From: a virus
Lineage: Duplodnaviria; Caudoviricetes
Length of the DNA stretch: 64,000 nt
Virus record (IMG/VR): IMGVR_UViG_3300033144_003431
Span: 13,336-77,335 of that record
Strand: one strand, 5' to 3'
Under the pieces are notes generated by a model. The model was not told where the DNA came from, searched no databases, and saw only the letters and a program-made list of their open reading frames with translations. Made by a program: the position numbers and the translations under genes. Of the stretch, positions 39,078-49,400 are shown one piece after another (position 1 is the first letter of the stretch; every line of letters starts with the position of its first letter).

Positions 39078-39466
39078 GAGAAATCAATAGGACCACTGAA
39101 CGGGTCAACCTCTTCTTCTTCGTCGTTTCTTTTGTAATCATCATCAAGACGAACCACGTCGTCTAGCTCTGGCGATGACGCTTCCATCACGACAACGGGC
39201 GATGTGGCAGACGCCTCAAGTCTATGTATGGTCCCAGGAGTGATGGTAATAAAACGTCCCGGCAACAATGTCATTTCGCGATCAAAACCATCAGCAGACA
39301 AAAACAAAGTGCCGCAGCCGTATAGGCAATACATTGTTTCCAGCTTGTCATTGTGGTATTGTAGGCTAAGTCGATGCCCCGCATCAACCTCTAAAATCTT
39401 GAAAGCATACTTGTCGTTTACTTCCATGATTCGCTCTCTACCCCAGGGCTTATCTACTAACTTCAT
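39074..39466 (-). CDS. cupin, mannose-6-phosphate isomerase type II C-terminal-like
   Basis: KPWG, RLSLQYH..KLET, HRL, DDVVRLDDDY. Confidence 0.85.
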   Translation of the reverse strand: MKLVDKPWGRERIMEVNDKYAFKILEVDAGHRLSLQYHNDKLETMYCLYGCGTLFLSADGFDREMTLLPGRFITITPGTIHRLEASATSPVVVMEASSPELDDVVRLDDDYKRNDEEEEVDPFSGPIDFS

Positions 39467-39771
39467 TGCGGTTCAATATTGTTGCGTCTCAGTTGATGTT
39501 CCAAATCACGAATACGTGTCTGAGCGGCATTATGTCTAGCGGAGTCTAACGAACGAGCAAGAGGATCAGATCCTTTAAGAGATTCGTTCTCCTGTCTCAG
39601 TGCTCGTTTTTCTTTTTTAAGCCCTTTGATCATCTGTTCGGCTAAAACCCAACGATTTCTGTGTTCGGCGGTAACCTTAATTTGAGTCTCAAGCTGCTCT
39701 TCTAGCTTCTCGTGCTCTTCAACCAGACTTCGTGCGACTAAGCTTTGCCATGTTTTTTTGAAGTTCGCCAT
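39463..39771 (-). CDS. coiled-coil hypothetical protein
   Basis: Heptad-rich sequence; overlaps both neighbours. Confidence 0.55.
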   Translation of the reverse strand: MANFKKTWQSLVARSLVEEHEKLEEQLETQIKVTAEHRNRWVLAEQMIKGLKKEKRALRQENESLKGSDPLARSLDSARHNAAQTRIRDLEHQLRRNNIEPQ

Positions 39772-40598
39772 TTCTTGCCTGCTTGCATCTTAGCTACCCA
39801 TTCATCTTTCGGAGGTAGGTCGTTGAAGTCACTAAACTCTCTTGCATGCTTCAAGTGTCCTTTGAAATTATGACCAAAGAACTCTGAAATGGAAGCATAA
39901 GTTTCCCAATTATTTGCGTGCTTGTTGCGATTTTCAATAGAATCGGGACGTTGTGTATAAACTGTAATGAACTGATTGATCACATGGCCGTGATAACCTT
40001 TACTCATGAAGTAAAGCCAAAGCCAGTAGTCGTACGCAGACTGGTGGCTAGCTGCCCTCTCGTCCATCAAATCCCAGTCAAGATCATCTACAAAACTCTT
40101 GTCATTTCTCCATACAACCTGCGGTCCAGCCCAACACTCACGAGACATAAGCTCAAAATCAAACTTGGGTTTTAATCCTCTTCCCTGCATCTGACCGTTC
40201 TCGTTGATGATAGTCAGACCACCGTAGCAGAAGGCAATCTTAGAGCCTACATGCATAGGACTGGTAGCCATCCTCATGTGCTTGAAAACGGTTGCCGTGG
40301 TCTCGGGTGCGTGGTAGTCATCTGTGTTAGAATTCATCACAAACTCACCCGTGGCTGCTCGCCAAGCCCTCAACCACGAGGCACCGTATGGTTCCCGCTC
40401 ATGGTGATAGATGTACTTAACGCGGGAATCCGCGTTAGCCCACTTCTCTCCAATGATACCATCGGTACCAGGAGAATTGGGATTAACGATAACGATTTCA
40501 AAATCAGGGTCCGTCTGATGATCTAGCATGTGAGCAATATGCTCGTCTAAATAGTGGCCAGAATCATAAGTACTAACCAAAAAACTAACCTTGGGCAT
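39738..40598 (-). CDS. glycosyltransferase family 2
   Basis: VSFLVSTY, EIVIV, GEFV..SNTDD, DYWLWL. Confidence 0.85.
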   Translation of the reverse strand: MPKVSFLVSTYDSGHYLDEHIAHMLDHQTDPDFEIVIVNPNSPGTDGIIGEKWANADSRVKYIYHHEREPYGASWLRAWRAATGEFVMNSNTDDYHAPETTATVFKHMRMATSPMHVGSKIAFCYGGLTIINENGQMQGRGLKPKFDFELMSRECWAGPQVVWRNDKSFVDDLDWDLMDERAASHQSAYDYWLWLYFMSKGYHGHVINQFITVYTQRPDSIENRNKHANNWETYASISEFFGHNFKGHLKHAREFSDFNDLPPKDEWVAKMQAGKKWRTSKKHGKA

Positions 40599-41040
40599 TA
40601 TCTCTACACCTTATTTCCGATTCTCTTTTGCACGTTCTACAATAACGATACCCCGTTGATGGCTGAACATACAAATTATCGCCACTCAACGGATGTCCAT
40701 GTTTACAGTGTGTCTTTCTGGCATTTTTAGCTGGTGGACTATCTCCAAGCATGACGTTTTCCACTAACGTCATGACACGTAGGTGATCTGGATTAACGCA
40801 TCTACGATTTCTACACTTGTGATCAACTTGCATTCCTTCAGGAATAACGCCTACAAAATATTCATAAGCAAACGCATACGCTTTTCCCCAGCTAGACACT
40901 CCAGACTCATGACTGAATCTAAAGCACCCATAACCATCACGATCAGTACATGCCGTCCAGTTCCAACAGCCCGTGCTAGAGTCGATGATGTACTTTTCTT
41001 GAAACCGATTAATCGGGTCTTTTCTAGAACGACATGCCAT
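40585..41040 (-). CDS. HNH homing endonuclease
   Basis: CWNW, DGYG, DHKCRNRRCVNPDHL, HCKHGH. Confidence 0.9.
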   Translation of the reverse strand: MACRSRKDPINRFQEKYIIDSSTGCWNWTACTDRDGYGCFRFSHESGVSSWGKAYAFAYEYFVGVIPEGMQVDHKCRNRRCVNPDHLRVMTLVENVMLGDSPPAKNARKTHCKHGHPLSGDNLYVQPSTGYRYCRTCKRESEIRCRDNAQG

Positions 41041-42034
41041 TATGATAATGCTGCATATAGGGCTGAGATTGCTGTGTCATACAGAGCCAAATGTTTCCTA
41101 CGTCTTCACCAGCTAACGCCTTCTTATAAAAAGAATCGTCTTTCCAGTTGTTGTCACAGTCACAGTGTTGTGCAACCTGAGGACGATGATTAATTATTGC
41201 CGGATGTTCTCCGTCAAAATACAGCACGGGCTCTGTAACATCAAACCAGTCTTTAACTTTTTGGTCAAACTTTACGTCGGCATTGTCGTGTTTAGCAAGC
41301 TCGCCTTTGTAATACTCTTGTTTTTGTTCCATGACTTCATTCATGTTTCTACGAGCATACCCATAGTGGTAAATAAAAATAGGATCCCTAGGTACAATTC
41401 TACGTGGTTGATAATGTGGTGAAAAGTATGTACAGTGACCAGCAGGATCAGTCAATACAGGGTGGCTATTATACTTCATGCCACGCACATACTTAATAAT
41501 CCTTTGATGCTGAGTGTTCCATTCGGGACCAGGAACCGCAATATGATCAAGGTCACGATAAAAATGCAAGAAGGTAGGAATAAATTCTTGAGCTTGCGGA
41601 TCAAGCTCAATAGCCTTACGTAATCGTCTAATGTCCTCGGGACGATAGAACTCATCAGCATCATTAATGAGAATCCAATCTCCAGGTACAGACATGTCCA
41701 AGAAGGTCTGCTTCATATCCTCAAGATCCTTCCAGTGCTTGTTAATTGAGATCACCACAAGCTTGTTGTCAGGATCGTTGTGAGCTTTAAAATCATCAAT
41801 AACACCTTTCGTGTTGTCGGTTGAGTGACCATCCTCCGTGGAGTTGGGGCGGTTCTCAACGGCACCTTCAATAACGAGAATGCGATCTACCTCGTCATAG
41901 ATAGAGTGTAGTACTGCTCCCGCGAAATCTTCCTCGTTGTGCATCTGAATACACTGAACGATCCTTACGGGGCGATTGACACGCTCCGCAATACACTGCA
42001 TCTGCGGTACGTAATGGATTTGTTGCTGATTCAT
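41024..42034 (-). CDS. glycosyltransferase family 2
   Basis: HNEE, STDNT, DWILINDADE, IYHYGYAR. Confidence 0.85.
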   Translation of the reverse strand: MNQQQIHYVPQMQCIAERVNRPVRIVQCIQMHNEEDFAGAVLHSIYDEVDRILVIEGAVENRPNSTEDGHSTDNTKGVIDDFKAHNDPDNKLVVISINKHWKDLEDMKQTFLDMSVPGDWILINDADEFYRPEDIRRLRKAIELDPQAQEFIPTFLHFYRDLDHIAVPGPEWNTQHQRIIKYVRGMKYNSHPVLTDPAGHCTYFSPHYQPRRIVPRDPIFIYHYGYARRNMNEVMEQKQEYYKGELAKHDNADVKFDQKVKDWFDVTEPVLYFDGEHPAIINHRPQVAQHCDCDNNWKDDSFYKKALAGEDVGNIWLCMTQQSQPYMQHYHNGMSF

Positions 42035-43275
42035 AGGGTTTCCTCCAACGATACTTCGGCTTCCTTATATCTAGCTACGCCGGTCTCTTTCCAAGATTGT
42101 ACTGCGGCCTCTACTTGCTCGACAATCTGTTCATGGACATTACGGTAATCTAGCTTTTCTCCTACTAGCTTTGCATTCTCACGACGCTGTAAAACGGCTT
42201 TCCACTCGGCTTGACCCTGTTCGTCCAACACATCAGCTTCATTTGCCTTGCGAAGAATATGGAAACGCTGCATGGTCATGGCAAGCTCTACGGGCGAAGG
42301 CTCAAAACATTGTTCTAGACCAGTAAAGAGACCAGGGTCAGGGTGCGGCATGTCATAGAAGAATGTCGGGGTACCACCATAAACCAGAGAGTTCTCAGGT
42401 GTCACAAACTCTGCAAGACCACCAGCGTTATGACTAATGACCGTGTTGCCGTGTGCCAACGCATCAAACGCAGGGATGCCCCAGCCTTCGCCACGACTAG
42501 TACAAACGTACGCATCGCCACGAGCATGAAGACCGTGAACCTCGTCGTCACTCATGGTGTAAATGACGGGCAAGATAGGCGGGTACTCACTGATGGGGAT
42601 CCGACAACGCTCTTTGACGCCCTGGATGTATTGCTTCACTATTTCAAGGTCATTCTGTCGTCCACCCATATTGACATAGGTCTTGAGAACCAACAGAACA
42701 TCGTTAGGAGCACCAGCAAACGCTGCAAAGTACGCACGCAGAAGAACATCAATACCCTTCTTTGTGCTTAGTTGGCAGATGTTATAAAACACGGTTCGCC
42801 CTTCAATGTTGTCGATAACAAACGGCTCGTAGTCACGCTTATAGTCATCAACGTCACAAGGAGGACCAGCCACCAAGATAGGCTTGTTAACGCCAGAATT
42901 CAAGAGTGCTGTAGCATTGTGCTTAGAGGGGACAATCAAAAAGTCAAACTCATTAGCTTTAGCTACCCACCCTTGTTGAATACGGTCTGTCTCTAAAAAA
43001 GTATATAGACCATTGGGAATTCCAGGAACGGGCACTGCTTCGTTGTTGCATGTAATCATCTGTAAAGCAACGTCTACGTTCTGTAGGTCGTTCTCTAACA
43101 GAGGTTGCATCCAATCGGGCACCTCAAATTCTTGTCCTTCGTCCAAAGAGTCAAACTTAAGAGGACGAGCCGTAATTTCTAGTCTGTCATTCTGAGCTAG
43201 TGCCTGCAAGAGATGACGCGATGCTGTGGCAAATCCCGAAAAATCCATCAACGGTCCAACGTACAAAAGCTTCAT
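42031..43275 (-). CDS. glycosyltransferase family 4
   Basis: SGFATA, ETD, VPS, KKGIDVLL, SRGEGWGIP..ALA.G. Confidence 0.9.
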   Translation of the reverse strand: MKLLYVGPLMDFSGFATASRHLLQALAQNDRLEITARPLKFDSLDEGQEFEVPDWMQPLLENDLQNVDVALQMITCNNEAVPVPGIPNGLYTFLETDRIQQGWVAKANEFDFLIVPSKHNATALLNSGVNKPILVAGPPCDVDDYKRDYEPFVIDNIEGRTVFYNICQLSTKKGIDVLLRAYFAAFAGAPNDVLLVLKTYVNMGGRQNDLEIVKQYIQGVKERCRIPISEYPPILPVIYTMSDDEVHGLHARGDAYVCTSRGEGWGIPAFDALAHGNTVISHNAGGLAEFVTPENSLVYGGTPTFFYDMPHPDPGLFTGLEQCFEPSPVELAMTMQRFHILRKANEADVLDEQGQAEWKAVLQRRENAKLVGEKLDYRNVHEQIVEQVEAAVQSWKETGVARYKEAEVSLEETL

Positions 43276-43316
43276 ACTAACCCCTCCTTTAAATAGTCTA
43301 CTAAGCTGTTAATCAT
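43272..43316 (-). CDS. possible 14-aa coupling mini-ORF
   Basis: MINSLVDYLKEGLV, stop overlaps the next start (ATGA); contains the AAGGAGG RBS. Confidence 0.3.
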   Translation of the reverse strand: MINSLVDYLKEGLV

Positions 43317-43325
43317 ATTTTTTCT

Positions 43326-45131
43326 TTAGATAAATTCTTGCGTGGGACGCTGGGCCACAGGTGCTATACCAGCAACCTCTTGTCTGATTTGATCGCGTAG
43401 TTTACCACCATCAGACTGCTGGTTACCAATTGCGACAAACTGTTTCATGATCTGTTCACGAGGAACACCAAGTCCAAGATGCTGAATCCAAGTCTTGGCA
43501 CCCTCTGGGTCAACTGCCGGATACTTCAATACGTTAATGTACAACCACTCGACATACTGCTCGTCACTTAGTCCATCAGGAACAGGAACAGCTTGAATAG
43601 AATCATGCTCAATAATAGGACTATCCCACGTCTGCGAACGGTCTAGCGGCTTGATGTTATCAAGAACGTACTCCCATTGCTTCCAGAGTTTATTCCAGTC
43701 GTAATTCTCTTCGGTACACTCACGAGCCTCAATACCAAGAGCCTTAAGCTTAACAGGATCAGTGATCATGTTACGCATCTTATCGGCAAGATCGTCAACG
43801 TCTGGGTGGGCACGAATACACCCCGTTTCTGGTTCATGGTAATAACGACCAACATCAATAACGTCACCACCCTTAGTACAGGTGTAGTTATCCTCAGTGA
43901 TCTTGAGATCTTCAAAATGATTGTAGTCAGGGAAACGCCCCTTCTCACGCATGGCCGTGTAGTCTGTTACTAGAGTCGGAACGCCACAAGCTTTAGCTTC
44001 CTGAATAGGCATTCCGTCACCCTCACAAATCGAACACTGAACATAAAGATCCATGAGGTTATATAGCTTAGCAAGATCTTCTCTTGTAAAACCACCAGCG
44101 GTGTTCGGAGGAGAAGCTTCAATTGCTCCACAGTGAGGACAAGGCAACTTAATGCGACCATCCTGCGTGGGCTTACCCCACAGGTTCATAGCAAAGGTCA
44201 CGGAAGGCTCTTGACATGCATGACAGTACATGGACTGCAAGATACTACCACGAATACCTTTACTGGCATATGGCATCCAGTCGTAAGACTCTAGACGCAT
44301 AATGTGTCTAGGGTAATCGTAAGAGTGTGCGTTATCCGGCCACGAAGAATGAATCAACAGAACCGCCTTATCAACAGCGTCTTCTCCTTTGTACTTCTCC
44401 TTCATCGCGGCAAAGCCATCGATAAGATCAGGATACAGTTTACGACTTTGGTTACGCATAACCGTGCCGATAACAGGGTTGTCACTATTTAGGTTCCAGT
44501 GCTCACGAGTCTCCTTGGTGTCCATGGGCAGAAACGTTTCTAGGTCAACACCAGGACGCATGGCCTTAGGAAAAATACTAACGCTTTTCTTACCGTTAGG
44601 CAACAGTTGGCTCTGACGACGCAGGGTGTGAACACCATAATCAGAGTACGCCAAAACCATTTCAGCGTTCTCATAGGTTTTCATCCACTCTTCTGCCTGA
44701 GGTTCAGCGTCAACAGTAGGCATCACAACCCACTTAAACCAAGAGCGAAACACACTTCGCTCTTGGAATTCTAGCATCCACCAGTCACGGATATCGATAA
44801 CGATATCCGGCTTAAAATCAGCACATACATGGTTGAATTTGTACTCGCCAAACTGGTTAGTGTTCTGGCCTCGTGTGCGAGGGTGCGGATTCGGAGCGTT
44901 GAAGGCTTGAGCCTCTTCCTGGGTCGTGGGCATTACGCCATAGAACTTCCAGCGACCCTGGATGAACTCCTGGACCTTAGGATCGTCCTGGCGTACATAC
45001 GAACCAAGCTCAGCGATTTCATATTTCCCTGTGGCCACCAATCTAGGGATCAATTCCCTATAGTATGTCGAAAAACCAGTACTAAGATTACTGGCTTCTC
45101 CGATAAACAAAATACGTTTCTTGTTACTCAT
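43326..45131 (-). CDS. glycosyltransferase family 4 with Zn-ribbon insert and DUF4214-like C-terminus
   Basis: STGF, RNQSRK, CHAC...CPHC, EGDGMPIQEAKACGVP, LSDEQYVEWLY.NVL...D.EG...W. Confidence 0.85.
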   Translation of the reverse strand: MSNKKRILFIGEASNLSTGFSTYYRELIPRLVATGKYEIAELGSYVRQDDPKVQEFIQGRWKFYGVMPTTQEEAQAFNAPNPHPRTRGQNTNQFGEYKFNHVCADFKPDIVIDIRDWWMLEFQERSVFRSWFKWVVMPTVDAEPQAEEWMKTYENAEMVLAYSDYGVHTLRRQSQLLPNGKKSVSIFPKAMRPGVDLETFLPMDTKETREHWNLNSDNPVIGTVMRNQSRKLYPDLIDGFAAMKEKYKGEDAVDKAVLLIHSSWPDNAHSYDYPRHIMRLESYDWMPYASKGIRGSILQSMYCHACQEPSVTFAMNLWGKPTQDGRIKLPCPHCGAIEASPPNTAGGFTREDLAKLYNLMDLYVQCSICEGDGMPIQEAKACGVPTLVTDYTAMREKGRFPDYNHFEDLKITEDNYTCTKGGDVIDVGRYYHEPETGCIRAHPDVDDLADKMRNMITDPVKLKALGIEARECTEENYDWNKLWKQWEYVLDNIKPLDRSQTWDSPIIEHDSIQAVPVPDGLSDEQYVEWLYINVLKYPAVDPEGAKTWIQHLGLGVPREQIMKQFVAIGNQQSDGGKLRDQIRQEVAGIAPVAQRPTQEFI

Positions 45132-45793
45132 TCAATTACGCCCCTGATGGCTTGACGAATACGATCTTTAAGATCGTTCTCCAATTTGTACAACTGTCCT
45201 ACGTGTATACCCAACTGAGAAGCTACGTCTTCCGCTGTTGTGTTACCCATAAGTCTTTGCTCTAAAATCACTTCTTCTGTTTTACCCTCAATGACATCAT
45301 TCAGTAGTGTCATGATTGTACTTTCTTTTGCGTCCCCTTCTTCCAGAGCGTCATCTGACTGTAGCTCTGAATGCTTGCGACGATTGTAGGTGATACGTAG
45401 ATCCTTAATGTGATCGGCATCAAAGCTACGGTGACCGTTTTTAGTTAGAATGACAGCAATCTCTTCGTCTGTCTTGTCGTTAATGTGTAACTTATTGACT
45501 TTTGCTGCTAGACTAGTAACCCTATGGTCCACCGTGAACACACCCAAGAATTTAGCTGCTTCATTAAACACGTCTTGACGTACGATCTTTGCGACGTACG
45601 ACCTAATTGACGTACCTTGCGTTGGATCATACATTTTAACAGCCTTCAAAACAGCAATGTCACCAATCTGACATAGGTCAGCAAAATCTATGGACGCAGA
45701 AGAGTAACACGCAGAACGTGCTATTTTCTTTACGACCGAACTATACTCGTTTAGAAGCTCAACAGCCTCAGTGTCAGACATGTCAACCATCAT
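45128..45793 (-). CDS. RNA polymerase sigma-70 family factor
   Basis: VKKIA, DLCQIG..AV..YDPTQG..SY; C-terminal HTH EDVASQLG. Confidence 0.8.
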   Translation of the reverse strand: MMVDMSDTEAVELLNEYSSVVKKIARSACYSSASIDFADLCQIGDIAVLKAVKMYDPTQGTSIRSYVAKIVRQDVFNEAAKFLGVFTVDHRVTSLAAKVNKLHINDKTDEEIAVILTKNGHRSFDADHIKDLRITYNRRKHSELQSDDALEEGDAKESTIMTLLNDVIEGKTEEVILEQRLMGNTTAEDVASQLGIHVGQLYKLENDLKDRIRQAIRGVIE

Positions 45794-46154
45794 TTCGTGC
45801 TCTCCGATCCATAATCTTGATGAATCCAGCACCGGGTGCAACTCGAACGATATCCTGGAAGTATTCTTCGTCTTCATCTGTACAGTGCTCGTCGTCCATC
45901 ACGCCAAGTACATTAATGAGTCGTCCTTTGAGACCACCATCTTCTTGACAGCTTGACACATAGTTAGCAAAAGAACCAAGTGCCATGACGCGGCGATATA
46001 GGGTACGTGAAGTAGTTTGGTTTCCACGTCGGATTGGAATGTTTAAGGCCAGAGTAAAAACAGCTTTACTCACTCTACCTTCTTCGTCAACTTTTCCGAG
46101 TTCAGCATCAGATGTGGCTCGACCCATTAGTTGAACGTTTGCATAGTCGTACAT
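45783..46154 (-). CDS. SSB-like OB-fold protein
   Basis: NVQLMGRATSDAEL, FTLALN, LKGRLINVLG. Confidence 0.65.
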   Translation of the reverse strand: MYDYANVQLMGRATSDAELGKVDEEGRVSKAVFTLALNIPIRRGNQTTSRTLYRRVMALGSFANYVSSCQEDGGLKGRLINVLGVMDDEHCTDEDEEYFQDIVRVAPGAGFIKIMDRRARNDG

Positions 46155-46179
46155 ATTATCTCGGTTTTTGCCTAAAGCG

Positions 46180-46404
46180 TTAAGGCTTTTTTGTGGTTTT
46201 TCTACGTTCAGGCTTAGCTTTACGAAACCAGACCTGCGGCATCGAGAAAGGATATAGGGGTTCCCACCCCTTCTTGGCACGTTCATTCAGGATTTCTCTA
46301 ATGATAGGATTTAAAGTAGCCATATTGCCTACGCCAATTTCTATCATAGCCTGCTGTTGTTCATCAAGCGGAACGGTCTCGAAATCGTATTCGTATTTTG
46401 TCAT
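46180..46404 (-). CDS. hypothetical protein (DUF4177-like)
   Basis: KYEY, LNERAKKGWE, WFRK. Confidence 0.6.
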   Translation of the reverse strand: MTKYEYDFETVPLDEQQQAMIEIGVGNMATLNPIIREILNERAKKGWEPLYPFSMPQVWFRKAKPERRKTTKKP

Positions 46405-49400
46405 CTTAGTCTCTCAACTCTTTCAGCGATCAATGAGCCTCTGTCGTCCATTTTACCTCTGATCTTAAGAACGTTACCTTCCTCTAGAAGTGTCTTAGCT
46501 CTTGCGAAGGTCTTGGGGAACACTACGATATTGTCCATGACATACGTATTGTCGCGTGCTGTCACAAACGCCATAGGGTCACCCTTTTTAGTAATAATTT
46601 CACGTACTGCATCCACACAGACAGCAATCTCGAACTGCATATCAGGGTATCCACTACGCACCAAATCAATGCAACTTTCTTGTGCTTTGTAGATATCAGC
46701 TTCACTACCACTGAGAGAAATCCCCAGGTAGTGTTGCTCCCAGGCTACTCGCTGTGCCTTGGTATCGAACAGGTCACGACCATCGTAATCAGATAGAAGA
46801 CCCCTGATAGCAGCACGACGACGTACGTTGGGAATCTTAACACTGTGCTTTTCTTTTACCTGTGGAGACTTCTCTTCATCAGCAAGTGCTCTCACGATGC
46901 GAATCCAGTCTGGTTCCTGCTGGAAAGATGTAAGCTCCAAAACGGTTTCCATTTCCTTAGCCGTAAGGCCATCTAGCAAACGGAACTTAGCTTGACTCTC
47001 AACTCTATGTTCTTCGATATCATCGAATGCACCACCACGAATCAACGCAGTCATGACACCAGCGTTCACCTTGCTCTTGGTGGTCTTGAACTTCCACAAG
47101 ATATCATCAAAAGTGTCGCAGTCCTTACAAAGCTTAACGAGATCATTAACAGCAGTCACACCAACCCCCTTGAGGGCTGTAAGACCGAAAGCAATATGTG
47201 TGTCATCCACAACAGCAAAGGCTTTATTGCCCATGGACACACGAGGAGGAACTACCTCAATATCAAACAGCTTACCATCAAAGGTCAATGCCGCCATCTG
47301 CTCGAACTTGTCTGGGTGACTCTCTGCGTGACGAAGCTTAGCACACAGGAACTCAATAGTGTAGTTGGCTTTTAGATAAGCAGTTTCGTACGCAAGAAGT
47401 GCGTAGCCTACGCCGTGAGACTTGTTGAATCCATATCCAGCAAACTTCTCAATGTATCCCCAGATTTCCTCAGCAGTAATAGGATCAATGTTATTCTGAG
47501 CACAACCAGAAACGAATACTTCTTGCCACTTAGCCATTTCCTCAGGCTTTTTCTTACCCATCGCCTTACGAACCATGTCGGCATCAATCGAATTCATGCA
47601 GGCAAGTTGCTGACAGATATAGATAACCTGCTCTTGGTACAAAAGTGCGGAGTATGTCGGTGACATAATCGGCTCAAGCATAGGATGAATATACTCCGGG
47701 TCTTCCCCTTTGTTCTTCACACTACGGTAAGCCGTGTGCATGTTACTCTCCATAGGGCCAGGTCGAATGATACTAACCAAGTCAGAGATTTCTTCAATAG
47801 ACTCAGGCTGTAGGTTCTTACTCCAGGTACGACCAAGTTGTTTTTCAATCTGGAAAACGCCCACGGTAAAGCCTTGACCGATCATGGCCATGGTAACCGG
47901 GTCATCTAGCGGCATAGCTTCTCGCGAAAGCTCAACGTCATGACGCTCTTTGACAAGCTCCATGGTTACTTGGATATCATCCAGCGTGGTCAATCCAAGG
48001 ATATCGAGCTTGAGCAGACTCAAAGAATCTACAGTGTTCATGTCCCATCCGAAGAGTAGGCTTCCATCCTTCGACCGTGCAAGAGGATATGGACTATCGT
48101 CAAATGGAACGTCAGAGATCACGACCGCAGCCGCGTGGATCCCTGTTGACTTGTAACAGCCCTCAAGTGCTAAGGCAATCTTAAACCAAGGTGTATACTT
48201 GTCGTAATACTCCTTAAGTTCAGGTACGGCATCGATGGCTTCTTGTAGACTGATGGCTCCGTGATCGTCATTCTTGGCAGGCACCAAGGCTGTAATCTTG
48301 TTAGCCTCATCAAAAGGCATATCATAAACCTTGAAAACCTCTTTCAGAATAGCTTTAGCTTGAAGACCACCAAGCGTGACTAGCTGTGCGACATTACCTG
48401 CACCGAACCGTTCTCGGATATACTCAAGCACTTTCTGTCGCTTCGAACGGGGAACGTCAGTATCAATATCAGGCAAACCTCCGCGACCTTTATTGAGGAA
48501 CCGCTCCCAAATGAGACCATACTCAAGAGGATCAATCTCAGTAATACCAAGAGCATAACTAACAAGGCTACCACCCGCACTACCACGTCCACGACCAACC
48601 AAGATATTTTGACTATGCACCCAGGACATGACATCGTGGACGATGAGGAAGTAGTCCGCAAACCCCATTTCTTCAATGTCCGTAAGCTCTCTTTCCAGTC
48701 GGTCATGATAAGACTCGCCGGTAATATCGCGTTGCGATAGTTTGCTCAGTCCCTCACGGGCAATCTCACGAAGATATTCGTTAGACGTTTTGCCCTCGGG
48801 AATAAACTTGTACTGAGGTAAACGACGTTTCTTGATATCAAGATTAACGTTACAGCGATCAGCAATCTCACAAGCAAGATCAAGCTCACTGTCTAGAAGA
48901 TCAAGCTCGGCCATTTCGTCACGACTCTTAAGGTAGTACTCCTCAGCAGTAAAATCCGAGTACGTAGCACGACTATACTTGTTAGCACTCATTTCCAATA
49001 AGGTCTTGTGTGCCTCAGCATCATGCTGCTCAACGTAATGAACGTTGTTAGTGGCTACTGTACGTAAACCATACTTAGTACCAATGCTACGAAGCCTCGT
49101 ATTGATCTGCTTCTGCTCTGCAACACCAGTATCTTGTACCTCTAGGAATAAGTGATCCTTATCAAAAATCTTAAGGAAACGACGAATCAAACCTTCTGCC
49201 TTAAACAGAGCAGCACTATCGTATACTTCGCCGTCCTCGTCTACCTTATCGTACAACTGAGAAGGAATAACACCGTCAAGACTACTGCCCGTAAGACAGA
49301 TTACACCTTCGCTGTATTGCTCTAAAAGAGAAAAGTCAATACGGGGACTGTAGAAGAAATAATCCGGACTGTTGGCGTGCGATAGCAGCCGCGTGATGTT

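Noticed and set aside
26523-45131. GT island as a DNA hypermodification system
   Set aside because: No hydroxymethylase, TET/JBP or T4-type DNA glucosyltransferase is recognisable in the window; not excluded genome-wide but unsupported here
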